From the NCBI RefSeq assembly GCF_006345805.1, contig NC_042998.1:149854001-149918000 (forward strand): DNA of 64,000 bases, read 5' to 3'. The translations under genes and the position numbers were made by a program. The stretch comes from Octopus sinensis. Its lineage: Eukaryota. Below, piece by piece: positions 37,195 to 50,100 of this stretch (position 1 is its first letter; the number at the start of each line of letters is the position of its first letter). Under the pieces are notes generated by a model, which saw only the letters and a program-made list of their open reading frames with translations, was not told where the DNA came from and ran no database searches.

Positions 37195-38720
37195 GTTTTG
37201 GTATTGGCAACATGAATGACAATGGTCAGAGACTACTTGAATTTTGCACATACCATAACCTGTGCATCACTAACACATTCTTTGCCAGCAAGACATCCCA
37301 CAAGACATCTTGGAAACATCCAAGATCTTACCACTGGCATCAGCTGGATCTCATCATTACACGAAGATCCTTTCTGAATTCTGTTCGACTGACCCGTAGT
37401 TACCACAGCGCGGATTGTGACACAGAGCATTCACTAATAAGAGGCAAGGGGAGGATTCTGCCTAAAAAGTCCAACACTCCAAGAAAATGGGTCGACTACG
37501 CATTAACACTTCCAGAACCTAGGATCCTACACTGCGACAAAATTTTACTGTTTCTATCAAGGTTGCCCTCAGTAGCTGCCCAACCTTCTCTGCTGAAAGT
37601 AGGTAGAATTATATCAGGGAAGCTTTGTATACCATATCAATAGATACTTTCGGCATGAGAGAAAGGCAAAACCCAGATGGGTTCAGTGCTGGGCTCTCAG
37701 AGCTGGAAACAGTTATCGAAAAAAAGCGTGCAGCTCTGATGCTATACAAGAGTGATTCTTCTACAAGGTCACTCGAAGAACTCAGAAAGGCAAGAAATAA
37801 AACCCAACTGACGGCCAGACGCTGTGCAAATAGGTATTGGCAGGAAATCTGTCAGAGTATCCAGTCAGCTGCTGACAGTGGTGACACCCGTGGGATGTAT
37901 ACTGGTTTGAAGAAGGCCCTCGGTCCATCCGCAACCAAGTCGGCCCCTCTGAAATCAACTACTGGAGATCTCATCAAGGACCAAAGCAAGCAGATGGATA
38001 GATGGGTGGAGTACTACCAGGATCTCTACTCATGGGAGACCACGGTAACTGAGGCTGCAATCGAGGGTGTCAAGATCTTGCCAGTCATGTGCGAACTTCA
38101 CAGTCTGCCATCTATAGCAGAGCTCACCAAGGCTAGTGTCTCCCTAGCAAGTAACAAGGCTCCGGGAAAAGGCGGCATCCCCTTAGAGATCATCAAAACC
38201 GGCAAAAACACCATCCTGCTTCGGCACCTTCATGAGCTTCTGTGTCAGTGCTGGGAAGAGGGTACAGTCCCTCAGGATATGCGGGATGCTAACACCATTA
38301 CGCTTTACAAAAACAAAGGTGACCGTGGTGATTGTAACAATTACCGTGGAATATCTCTTCTAAGCACTGTTGGAAAGGCCTTTGCTCGCATTATCCTGTC
38401 CAGGCTGCAACTGCTTGCTTCTCGAATTTATCCAGAATCGCTGTGTGGCTTTAGAAGAAGCAGACCAACTATTGACATGATATTCTCCATACGCCAACTG
38501 CAAGAGAAGTCCAGAGAGCAGAAAATGCCATTATATATGGCCTTCATTGATCTGACAAAGGCCTTTGACTTTGTAAGTAGAAAAGGCCTATTCATCCTGC
38601 TCCAGAAATCAGATGTCCACCAAAGCTGCTGAGGATCATCAAATCTTTCCCTGATGATATGCAAGACACCATACAGCACAATGGTTCAACATCAGCCGCC
38701 TTCCAAATAAAAAATGGACT
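37195..38720 (+). mobile_element. RTE/BovB-like LINE internal fragment (AP endonuclease C-terminus and RT N-terminus)
   Basis: NDNGQRLLEFC..TNTFF..SWKHPRSYHWHQLD..ADCDTEH; KAPG..LYKNKGDRGDCNNYRGISLLS..GFR..QEKSREQ..FIDLTKAFD. Confidence 0.93.
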
Positions 38721-39081
38721 AGATTATTTTATGCGCAACTCCATTGTCTTCCGAGACAAAAAGGATGCCAACAACAATATATATGGATTTCGTAGACAGG
38801 AACTAAAACAAATCAATCGTATATATATGTATGTATATATGTAAGTCTATGTGTGTGTATTTGTGTTTCGCCCTCATCACTGCTTCACAACTGGTGTTCA
38901 TTTATTTACATCCACATAACTTACTGGTTTCACAAGAACAAACCAATAGAATAAATACCAGGCTTATCAACATAAAAAAGCACTAGGCTGTGTCTCATAT
39001 ATTTGTTTGCCCTCTCAGTTGTATCTATCAATTTATCTTTGTATGTGTGTGTGTATCTCTCTTTCTCTCTCTCTCTCTCTA

Positions 39082-39112
<31 letters not shown>

Positions 39113-42060
39113 CATCTTTGTAGGTGGAGATTTTAATGGGCATGTTGGGCGGGAATCGGGTATCTTCACTGGGGTACATGGTGGCCATGGTATTGGCACC
39201 AGAAATGATGAGGGAACTAGACTGTTGGAATTCTGTGATGCATGTAACCTTTCAATCTGCAACACTAACTTCAAGAAGCCAGTCTGCCACCTTATAACTT
39301 ATCAGTCAGGAGACTCCGCTAGCCAAATAGACTTCATCCTCACCAGACAGCGGGATGCAGGGTTGCTCTTGAATATAAAGACCCTCCCGGGTGAAGAATG
39401 TATCCCTCAGCATAGACTAATCATCAGTGACTTTAAGCTTGAGGCCAGAAGGACTCCAAGAAATAAACCAATCCAGAAAAGAAGGATTTGGAGGCTAAAG
39501 AACCCTTCACATGGTCAGAAATTTAGGGACATACTCATCAAGAAATTTGATGAGAGGGAGGAGGAGCTTCAGCCGTCAGACATAGAAGGTAGCTGGGAAT
39601 TCCTACGGGACAGCTTGCTGAGTGCCACAGACCGAGTCTGTGGATGGTGCAAAGTCAACTTCCAGACCAAGAATTACGTGGTGGTGGAATAGTGCAGTAG
39701 ATAAAGCCATTTGTGAAAAGAGACGGGCCTGGAAAGCCTGGAAGGATGGGGGCAGCAGGGAACTGTACCAGATAGCCAAAAGGGAGGCTGGGCGGCAGGT
39801 ATACATAGCCAAAGATGTAGCAGAAAAGAAGAAGTTTGCCAATGTCCAGCGACGCGAGGATCAAAGAGCTGAAGTATTTCGGATTGCCAGACAGTGTGTC
39901 AGAGAAAATAGTGATGTTATAGGAGAGAAATGTGTCCGCATGGATGATGGGGCACTTGCTTTTACTGCTAGTGAAAAGAAAGAGGCTTGGAGAAGCCATT
40001 ATGAAAGACTGCTGAATGAGGAGAATGAATGGGAGGAGGAGAGCCTGCCAATGTTGACCCAGTAGAGGGACCAGCTACCCGAATAGACAGCTCCCTTGTA
40101 GATAAGGCAATTAAGGATATGAAACCAGGTAAAGCCCCCGGCCTATCAGGAATCACTGCTGAGATGCTTAAAACAGCTGGCTATGTGGGCTATGACATAG
40201 TCACCCGCATTGTAAACCAGGTAGTTCACAATGGAGTCATACCCAATGACTGGTGCAGCAGCACCATAGTCAACTGCTACAAGGGTAAGGGTGATGCTCT
40301 AGATAGAAATAACTACAGAGGTATCAACTGTTGGACCAGGTGATGAAGGTCTCAGAGAAGGTCATAACCCATCTCATTAGGGAGAGAATTTGTTTAGATG
40401 AAATGCAGTTCGGTTTTGTACCAGGTAGAAGCACCACTGATGCTATATTCCTGGTCCGACAACTGCAGGAGAAGTACCTAGCTAAAGATAAACCCCTCTA
40501 CATAGCTTTTGTAGACTTGGAGAAAGCCTTTGACAGGGTTCCCCGTTCCCTTATCTGGTGGTCGATGCGGAAACTGGAGATTGACGAATGGCTAATAAGG
40601 GCTGTACAGGCTCTATACAGAGAGGCTGTCAGCAAGGTTAGGATTGGCAACGAATATAGTGAAGAATTCCGGGTAGAAGTAGGTGTGCACCAGGGCTCAG
40701 CCCTCAGTCCCCTTTTATTCATCATAGTCCTTCAGGCAATAACAGAGGAATTCAAAACGGGATGCCCCTGGGAGCTCCTCTATGCCGATGACCTAGCTCT
40801 CATAGCAGAATCACTACCGGAACTAGAAAAGAAATTTCGGGTGTGGAAGCAAGGGTTAGAATCAAAGGGCCTTAGAATAAATGTAGCAAAGACCAAAGTA
40901 TTAGTAAGCAGCAAGAGGTACTCAGCACACACCCCCTCGGGTAGGTGGCCCTTCTCAATCTGTAAGAAAGGTACAGGTAGAAACTCCATAAGATGCACCC
41001 AATGTAAGCTATGGACACATAAGAGGTGCAGCAACATTAAAGGGAAATTAACAGATAAGATAGCTTTCATGTGCGGCAGATGCACAGGGACAATAGACAC
41101 AACAGACACTCAGAAAACAGATTCCATCACACTCCAGGGGGAGAAACTAGAAGTAGTTGATAGTTTCCACTACCTGGGTGACCAAGTTAGTAGCGGAGGT
41201 GGATGCACAGAGAGTATCACCACTAGAATACGAATAGCCTGGGCAAATTTCAGAAAGCTCCTACCCCTACTGGCAACAAAAGGTCTCTCCCTCAGAGCGA
41301 AAGGTAGACTGTATGATGCATGTGTGCGAACTGCCATGCTTCACGGTAATGAAACATGGGCTGTGACTGCAGAGGACATGCGTAGACTTGAAAGAAATGA
41401 AGCTAGCATGATCCGCTGGATGTGTAGTGTCAGTGTGCACGCAAGACAGAGTGTAAGCATCCTGAGAGAATGCTGGATATAAGAAGCAACAGATGTGGTG
41501 TGCAAGAGCGACGCTTGCGATGGTATGGTCATGTGCTGCGGATGGATGAAGAGAGATGTGTGAAGAAGTGCCACTCCCAAACAGTTGAAGGTATCAGGGG
41601 GAGAGGTAGACCCAGGAAGACATGGGATGAGGTAGTCAAGCATGACCTCAGAGCATTGGGCCTCACTGAGGCAATGGCGAAGGACCGAGATCTATGGAGA
41701 TATGCTGTGACTGCAAAGACCCGGGCTGCTTTCTGCAGCAATTCCACATACCCCCTACCCATTCAAAGTACCCCGGATCCCCAAAGTACCCCGGATCCCG
41801 TTGCCCCCGTGCCGCTGGCACGTTAAAAGCTTGAACCGATCGTGACCGATGCCGGACCCCTCGGCCCCTGTGCAGGTGGCACGTAAAAAGCACCCACTCC
41901 ACTCACGGAGTGGTTGGCGTTAGGAAGGGCATCCAGCCGTAGAAACTCTGCCAGATCAGACTGGAGCCTGGAGCGGCCCCTGGCTTCCCAGACCCCGGTC
42001 GAACCGTCCAACCCGTGCTAGCGCGGAAAACGGACGTTAAACGATGATGATGATGATGAT
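39113..42060 (+). mobile_element. 5'-truncated RTE-clade LINE (APE, RT, 3' UTR, (GAT)n tail), four frameshifts
   Basis: GGDFNGHVG; SQIDFIL; QHRL; KAPG; NYRGI; QFGF; FVDLEKAFD; GVHQGSALSPLLF; LLYADDLAL; RLRWYGHV; RGRPRKTW; tail gatgatgat. Confidence 0.96.
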
Positions 42061-42071
42061 ATATATATATA

Positions 42072-43374
42072 TAACACCCTGATGGGAGCCTTAACTCCCA
42101 AATTTTAGTCATTTTTTTATGATCCAAAACTAGGTCAAAAGTACTGAATGGATCTTTATGAAATTTGGAAATTATATTCTATGCATAAGAGCCATAACCC
42201 CCATGACAATTCATATATTTTTGCTGTTGATGAAATTTTAACCATAGATATTAGACACAAATGAAGTAATATTTATAAAATTTCATCTTTTTACAAGTTA
42301 GAAAGACCCCTACATGGGGACTTAACACCGTCAATTTTGTCATTTTATCTAAACAAAAACGAATACAGTTGTGCTCTTGGAAGCTGTAGGGTTACCCAAG
42401 TATAAAAGTTGAGCATTATTTCTAATTCAATGGTACAACAGTGTAACAATTTGTTTTGACATACACTTACATTGTGATTTCTGCAATGTGCTGCATAAAT
42501 TGTGAAGTAAATGAGAGGCATATTTGGCTCCACTGATTCAGTTGCAAACTGTTGGGTAAAGTTATTTGATTGCACACCTCCTTTCACTCTTTTTATTATC
42601 ACTCGGTCACACATAGCCCCCAGAGGGTAACATTGATTTCAAGGCCTTCCCAGATGAATGACTGGTTATTCAAAGACATTTATAGATTGTAATTTTATTC
42701 TGTCCAGTTACGTATCAGTATAGTGGTCATTTGCAAACTCCAGAGGTCTTCTTAGCCCTCACGTCACACAATTGTTAGTGTTGATTTCAGTTGGGTCACA
42801 CCCTTCCAATTGCTATAGATTCGTAATGCATCTTACGGCTGTGCCTGTCACCTGGATAGTGAGGAATTCTACATTGGGATTGGTAACGACTAGGATAGGG
42901 TAACTGACTGCTTATTGTGATCATTCGTCTTTTGGTTTCCTGTAGCTTTGCTTTCTTTTACAAACCCAGTGAACATATATTTCCTATTTCAAAGAAATTC
43001 AAACAATAGATATAAGACCCAAGTTAAAAAGATTCTCAACAATTCAACTTCTCTGGTTGACATTAAGATACCCACCCCAATAGAGGCCTTAACTCTCGCA
43101 TTTTAGAGCTCCATGACCTTCATTTTTCAGGAGCAAAATCTTTTTAACAGGTTCAATAAGACTGCAATTTTGGAATATGCGCATAAAAACCAGTAGTATT
43201 GGATAAATGTGGCACGATTACAATATTTTAGGGTGTGTAAAGAGGGAAATAACCCTGATCTGCAATTTTGATGAAATTCGAAACATAGATATTCCAGTTC
43301 ATTACAGAAAAATATAACATAAAAGTCTAATTCTTCAATTGAATGTAACCTAGCAACAGCGGGTATCTCTACTA

Positions 43375-43375
<1 letters not shown>
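42072..43375 (+). mobile_element. Helitron-like 3' portion
   Basis: Ends with the decayed hairpin acctagcaacagcgggt followed by CTAG|T at 43372-43376; left boundary uncertain. Confidence 0.45.
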
Positions 43376-43428
<53 letters not shown>

Positions 43429-43435
43429 ATATATA

Positions 43436-43470
<35 letters not shown>

Positions 43471-43563
43471 ACGGGAAGCTTTATGAAAATAGACAAAAGA
43501 CGGCAGGTGGAAAACACGAGCAATTGTATTAGTATGGCGCTCAGGAAATATAAATAAAACAAG

Positions 43564-43601
43564 TCTTTAACGTTTCGAGCCTACGCTCTTCAACAGAAAG
43601 A
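43564..43601 (-). ncRNA. Minimal type I hammerhead ribozyme, variant core CUGUUGAA
   Basis: Minus strand tcttt-CTGTTGAA-gagc gtag gctc-GAAAC-GTT-aaaga; stems I and II perfect, palindromic (A)ACGT(T) stem III. Confidence 0.75.
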
Positions 43602-44547
43602 TACACAGAGAGAAAAAAAACACAGAAAGAAGGAGAGAAAAAAATGCGTGCAGTAGCTAACGAATCAACATGGCGATCTGATTTCGGCCAGAGGTCAAAG
43701 ATCAAACATGAGACGCGAGAGCGAAATAAGGGGAGATAATAGGGTTGATAATAGGGTTGATAATAGGGTTGAAGGACCAGCTAATAGTGCGTAGGAGGGG
43801 TCTGGACGTGTGTATGTATAGGGTTGGTGTATGTATTAGTATGTATAAGGGTGTGTGTGTGTGTGTGTGTGTGTATGAGAGAGTATTAGTGCGTAGGATT
43901 GGTCTGGACGTGCGTATGTATGGGGTTGGTGTATGTATTAGTATGTATTAGTATGTATTAGTACGTATTAGTATGTATAAGTGTGTGTGTGTATGAGAGA
44001 GTATAAGTGCGTATGCGGGGTCTGGACGTGTGTATGTATAGGGTTGGTGTATGTATTAGTATGTATTAGTATGTATTAGTACGTATTAGTATGTATTAAT
44101 TGGTGTATGTATTAGTATGGCACATCATATATGATGTGATGTGTAACGTCGTGTGTGTAGTGAGGAGAAGAGGGGGAGGGGGAGAAGGGGGGAGGGTCAG
44201 AAGGGGGAGAAAAAGGGGGGGAGAGAAGGGGAGGGGAAGAAGAGGGGGAGACGGCGAAGGGAAGAAGAGGGGGAGGAGAGGGGGAAGAGGAGAGGATGTG
44301 GAGAGAGAGGAGGGGAGAAGGAAGCGGAGGAGGGGGAGGAAGGAGGAAAGAGGGAGAGGGGGGGAGATAGAAGGGGATAGAGGGAGTGAGGGAGCAGAGG
44401 GAAGGGGAAGAGGGAAGGAGGGAGGGAGAAAGAGGGAAGAAGGGAAGGGGAGTAGGGGTGAAAGGATGAAGGACTGAAGAAATAGGGGTCGGGGGGAAAG
44501 GATAGGTGAGGAGGGGGAGGAGGGTGGGGGTTAGATGAGGAGGGGGG

Positions 44548-47406
44548 GAGAGTTGAGACCAAATGGCGTATAAGAGCGAAGAGAGAAGATTAATTCCTGT
44601 TCACGGCGCAAACGGGAATCCGGATGGCCTCTGTGTAAGGACAAACCGAACACAGATAGGTGTTGCAGGAGTGACCGGTGGAGCGGAAATGGCGTGAGAG
44701 CGGTGTGTCGTTCGCAAGGTGGATGTCACGAAGGTGTTCCGCGAACCGGTCAGCCAAGCGGCGTCCCGTTTGTCCGATGTACAGGAATTGCAGAGAGAGC
44801 AAGAGGCAATAGATAATATTGCTGGAGGTGCAGGTGAAGGAGTGGATGATGGATAGGGTCGATGGTGGGTGCTAGTGAGGCGGGTGGTGTTGGAGAGGTA
44901 AGGGCAAATGCGGCAACGTGGGCGGGAGCAGGGGAACGAGCCGGGTTGGGAGGTAGGGTCAGGGAAGGAGCTATGGACCAAAAGGTCTCGAAGTTGTGGG
45001 CTCTTTTGAAAGAGGGGAGGGGTCGGTTAGGGAAGAGTGTGAAGTGGATGGTCGGACTGGAGATGACGGAAAGCTCGAAGAATGGTGCGTTGGAGACGTA
45101 GATCGTGGGGTGGTAAGTGAGGGGAAAAGGTAGGCGGAGACTACAGGGCGGGTTCGGGGAGAGAGCAGATACACGGTCCACGGACCGTGCTCTGGCAAGG
45201 GCGGTGTGGATAGTGGTGAGGGGGTATCCACGTAGGGTGAAGTGGTGAGCCATACGTTGAGACTGAGTCTCAAAGTCATGGTCGTCACTACAGAGCCTAC
45301 GTAGACGGAGGAATTGGGAATAGGGGATGGAAAGCTTGGTGTGTTCTGGGTGGGAGGAAGAGAAGTTGAGGTATGAGTGTGAGTCTGTGTGTTTGTAGTG
45401 AATGGAGGTGGTAAGAGTGGAGTGAAGAATGCTAACCGAAATGTCGAGGAAGGAGACAGAGGTGTTGGAGATAGTGGAAGTGAAGTGGAGGGCTGGATGG
45501 AAAGATTGGACGAAAGAGAGGAAGGAATCTAGATGTTCGCGGGAGAGTGAGGTGGCACCGATAATGTCGTCAATGTAACGACCATATAGTTCAGGAGTGG
45601 GACCAGTGAAATTAGAGAATATTTGGGCCTCAACATAGCCAACGAACAGGTTCGCATAGTTGGGGCCCATTCGCGTTCCCATGGCCACTCCCGAGACCTG
45701 ATGGTAGAACTCGCCCGCGAACGAGAAGCAGTTCAGAGTAAGGACAAGTTCGGCCAGACGAATGAGTGTGGAGGTGTCAGGTACAGGGTTAGAGCGGAGG
45801 TCAAGAAAGTGTCGAAGGGCCTGCAGTCCTTCGTGGTGAGGGATAACAGTATAGAGGCTTTGGATGTCCATAGTAAAAAGGATTTTGGAGGAGCCGGGAG
45901 GAAAGGAGAAAGAGTTGAAAAGCCGGAGAGCATGGTTGGTATCGTGGATGTGGGAGGGAAGAGATGCCACTAGGGGGGCAAGGACACGGTCGAGGTATTT
46001 AGAGATGAGCTCCGTGGGGCAGTTACAGGCGGAGACGATGGGGCGGCCAGGGTTGTTGGGTTTGTGGATTTTGGGGAGGAAGTAAATGGTGGGGGTACGT
46101 GGGGTTCGCACAATTAGGTTGGATGCGGTGCGGGGGAGACGGGAGGACGAGATGAGGTCGTGGACAGTAGAGGATACCGTCTGTTGGTAGCTACGTGTGG
46201 GGTTAGAGGGCAGAGGGGAATAGAAGGAGCTGTCATTGAGTTGGCGGAAAGCCTCGGCCCTATAGAGGTCCGCGCGCCACACCACTACAGCTCCACCCTT
46301 GTCAGCCGGTTTGATGATAATGTCAGCGCGCCGTTGGAGGGAACGAAGAGCCAAGAGCTCAGCCGGGGAGATGTTGAGCGGCGTTGGCGCCTGGAGAAGT
46401 TGAACCGCTCCAATGCACGCTGACAAGCGCCCGCGAAAAGATCCACTGCTAGGATCTGGCCAGGGGCAGGCGTCCACGGGGAGGAGTCGGCGGCCAGGCC
46501 AGTGAAGCAGTCCTCTTCGTTGGGTGTGGGTGGCGAGTCGTGGTAATGCGCACCCAACCGGACACAGCTGTGGACATCAACTCGCGTCTGGAATTCCTTA
46601 CAGGATGGAGTGAGGGGGATGAAACGCAGACCCCTACCAAGGAGCGTTCAGCCGCAGAGAGGGGAAGATCGGGGGAATGGTAACAACAGACGGAAGTGGA
46701 GAAGGGGTGGGTGGAATAGAAGTAGGAGGGTGTGGTAGTCTCGTGGAGGTCTGAGGGGGAGGGATTGGGGAGGTGTGTGGGGGGTGGTTGGGCGGGGCAG
46801 TAGGGTTAGGTGTAGGTGGATGGAGCCTATCGGGAGGGGAGAAGGGGTTGTAGGGAGGGGCAGTGGGGTTAGGTGTGGGTGGATGGAGCCTATCGGGAGG
46901 GGAGAAGGGTGGTGGAGGAGTTGGGGTAGTGGCGTCGGTAGGGTGGAATGGAAGAGTGATTGGAGTTTACGAAGTTTGGTATCAGAAAGAATTGATGGAA
47001 GAGTTGATTCAAATGGATAATGAAGCGTAGCGTGTTTGGAGCATAGAGAGGCGGCAGAGAGGAGAAGAAGGTGGAGAAAGCAGGAGAAGAAGGCGGTTGA
47101 TGGCATGTAGTTTGGAGAGATCGGAGCGAATGGTGGCCTGCATAAGGCGGTAAGATGTGTGCGGAGTATGGGTAAGATGGAAGAATCCGAGTGGAGAGCA
47201 GGGTGGAAGTGGCGGCGGAAACCTTTAGGGATGAGTCGGTGATGTAGGCAGCGGCTTAGGAAAGAGACATGGCTAGAGAAGCGGGTTTTTTTAAAAAGAA
47301 GTAGAGAGAGATTAACGGACGGCTGAAGGCAATATACAGGAAGTGAACGGAGATGATCCTTCAAACGGTGATGGAGGGTGAGGAGGTAGGACCTAGGATC
47401 CGGCAT
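44548..47406 (-). pseudogene. PLE polyprotein: N-terminal domain, reverse transcriptase, GIY-YIG endonuclease (frameshifted)
   Basis: FLSRCLHHRLIPKGF; IKPADKGGAVVV; LPKIHKPNNPGRPIVS; MDIQSLYT; GVAMGTRMGP; RYIDD; SSSHP; PCSRPRCRIC; YIGQTGRRLADRFAEH; REQELIF..PFGLN. Confidence 0.93.
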
Positions 47407-47586
47407 GATGGGATAGCGGGAAAAAAACGTTCGAAAAAACAAAAAAAACAAAAAACAAAAATTATCGTATGAAAAAAATAGAAAAAAAGGATAGCGAAAA
47501 AAGGGGAAAAAACAAACGTTCAAAAAAACAACCGTTATATATATATATATTTGTATATATGAAAGGCAGGATGTGTGTATGTGTAT

Positions 47587-47629
<43 letters not shown>

Positions 47630-48035
47630 AAATATAATTTATGCATTCCACAAATTAGCTCGCATGTCGCTCCAGTTTTAAGAGGACATTCGTTATGATC
47701 CTAGCCGTATTTTCGTCAACTTATTTTTCCCAGAGGCACCAAAACTTTTAACAATTCTCAAGTCGGAGAAATCACCATTGTTTGCAAACAGGAGTTAAGT
47801 CCCCTTCTAGAGGCGACTTTTTGTTTTTGTTAAGACTTCTGTTTTTTTTTCTATCGAGGAAAAAAGTGTTTTGTTGATATACGGGCAACACACACACACA
47901 CATACACATGAACATGTATGCGTACAAAAAACATCTATGCAATAGGTGCATGTACGTGTGTGTATATGTGTTGCCCATATATATATATATAATATATATA
48001 TATATATGGGCAACACATTACACATACGTACATAC

Positions 48036-48087
<52 letters not shown>

Positions 48088-48093
<6 letters not shown>

Positions 48094-48199
48094 AATTTCA
48101 ACGGATTTCGCCCAAATTTGACGTCGGTGTTATCTTTGTTTGGTTTGAAATAAAAAACTTGATTAGCTTAATCCCGGACAAAACCGGGTTATATTGCTA

Positions 48200-48200
<1 letters not shown>
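48088..48200 (+). mobile_element. Short Helitron-like element or 3' end
   Basis: Hairpin cccgg-acaaaa-ccggg followed by CTAG|T at 48197-48201, embedded in (TA)n. Confidence 0.55.
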
Positions 48201-48248
<48 letters not shown>

Positions 48249-48743
48249 ATTGCAGCGTGAAAAGGTGTTTATAAGCCATGTAAAAACACAAAAACTGTTA
48301 GATTCACTTCAACATTTAAATTTAATGTGCCAAAATATTTTCGTCGCTTTGAGACCGTGACCTGTGTTTTTGTTTCAGCATATGATCTCAGATCAGGTCA
48401 CTTGCCATGCAAGTACATCTCCGTAAGATATATATATATATATATATTCAGTTAAGTCAAGGATATAAAATCCTCTTAGCGGGATGTCAGTATCCAAGTT
48501 CGCCGGTTTTAAATATACACATACATACACTCTTTTACAAGTTTCAGCACGATAGCTGCGGCCATGCTAGGGCACTGCAGTTAGTTTTGCTACACTTTCA
48601 TTCCCTGAAATCTCCTCTCCCAATGTGGCTCTCTCTGTCCTAATGTGCGCGCGTGTGTGTGATGCGTATGTGCGCGTGTGTGTGATGCGTATGTGCGCGT
48701 GCGTGTGAATATATAGGGTAAAAGTACACTCATCTATATATAC

Positions 48744-48782
<39 letters not shown>

Positions 48783-48791
48783 TATATATAT

Positions 48792-48841
<50 letters not shown>

Positions 48842-50012
48842 ATATATATGATATATACAGTGTGTCCGAAAAGTCACTGACGAGTTTCAGTTTTTAATAA
48901 CTTCCTTAACTTTACAAATATATGTATGAAATGTTGATACAATATAAAGGATGTAATGGAAATTAATATGCACAAATCAAATTTTGCAACACCACTACAT
49001 CACATATGAAAAATGGCATTGCTTAAATGGCAGCCATTTTCGGCTTCACACGCCCATGCAATTTCTAAAACTGGCACCACAACACCATAACAACTGGCAA
49101 TCTGGATAAGCTAAGGTTTTCAAAAAAGAAGTCAACCAACTAATTCGGACATTACGAACACAGTCTGTAAGTGGACTAGTAAAAATATGCAAGATTTTTC
49201 TCAAGTTCAAAACCTGAATTCAAATAATTAAAAACCGTGGGGAAGAGTCATGTACCTTAAAAGTCTTAGGTGTTACTACACATTTTAGTTGAAGGGGTGT
49301 TCAAACAACCGTGGATCGATTTGTGAACATATATTCTTACTATCTCTCTGTCTTTCACCAACCAACTCTCTTCTCTTCTCCCTCCGCCTTTCTCTATCGC
49401 TGTCTCTCCCTGTCTCTTTCTGTTTCTCCCTCTTAAACGTTTCTTCTCTGCATCTCTCTATATGTATGCATATGTCCGTTGTATCTATGAGTATTTGTGT
49501 GTACCGTGTCTATGTGCGTATGAATGTTGTCTCTCTGTTGGTGTGTATGTGTGTGTGTGTTTGTGTGCATGTATGTGTGTGATGTGTACATGTGTATATG
49601 TGTGTTTTGTTTGTGTGAATTTGAGTTCTGTATTTCTGGGTGCATCTCTAGTGTTTCCGTATGTTCGTACTGTATTTATGTGTATGTATGCGCGTTGTGT
49701 CTATACGTGTGTGAGTGTGTGTGTACGTGTGTGTGTTTGCGGGCGCGCGCCCACGCGCATACGTGCGTGCGTACGCTCGTGTCTTATGTCTATGTATTAT
49801 ATATATGTGAGAGCAGAAAGAAGCAGAACTTATGAGAAGCGATTACTGGCATATAGTGGAGTGAATTAATTAAGGTTTGGCACACGGCATGCTTCAAGGT
49901 TGTTGGTTTGGAACATGGCCACTACAAAGTTTCCCGCCTTGACACGACGTCATCTCCACCAGTGATGGCCACCTCTGGCTACACTTTATGTTGTCAATCA
50001 CTTCGGCTTCCA

Positions 50013-50100
<88 letters not shown>

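Larger units (their letters stand above)
43471..47536 (-). mobile_element. Near full-length Neptune-type Penelope-like element inserted in (TA)n
   Basis: Both ends abut (TA)n; RT and GIY-YIG coding region; repeat-rich 3' UTR; terminal hammerhead. Confidence 0.92.

Noticed and set aside
43736-43771. Telomere-like repeat (ATAATAGGGTTG)x3
   Set aside because: Not TTAGGG; a 12-bp minisatellite inside the PLE 3' UTR
44100-44562. G/R/E-rich and P/S-rich ORFs
   Set aside because: Polypurine low-complexity tract in the PLE 3' UTR
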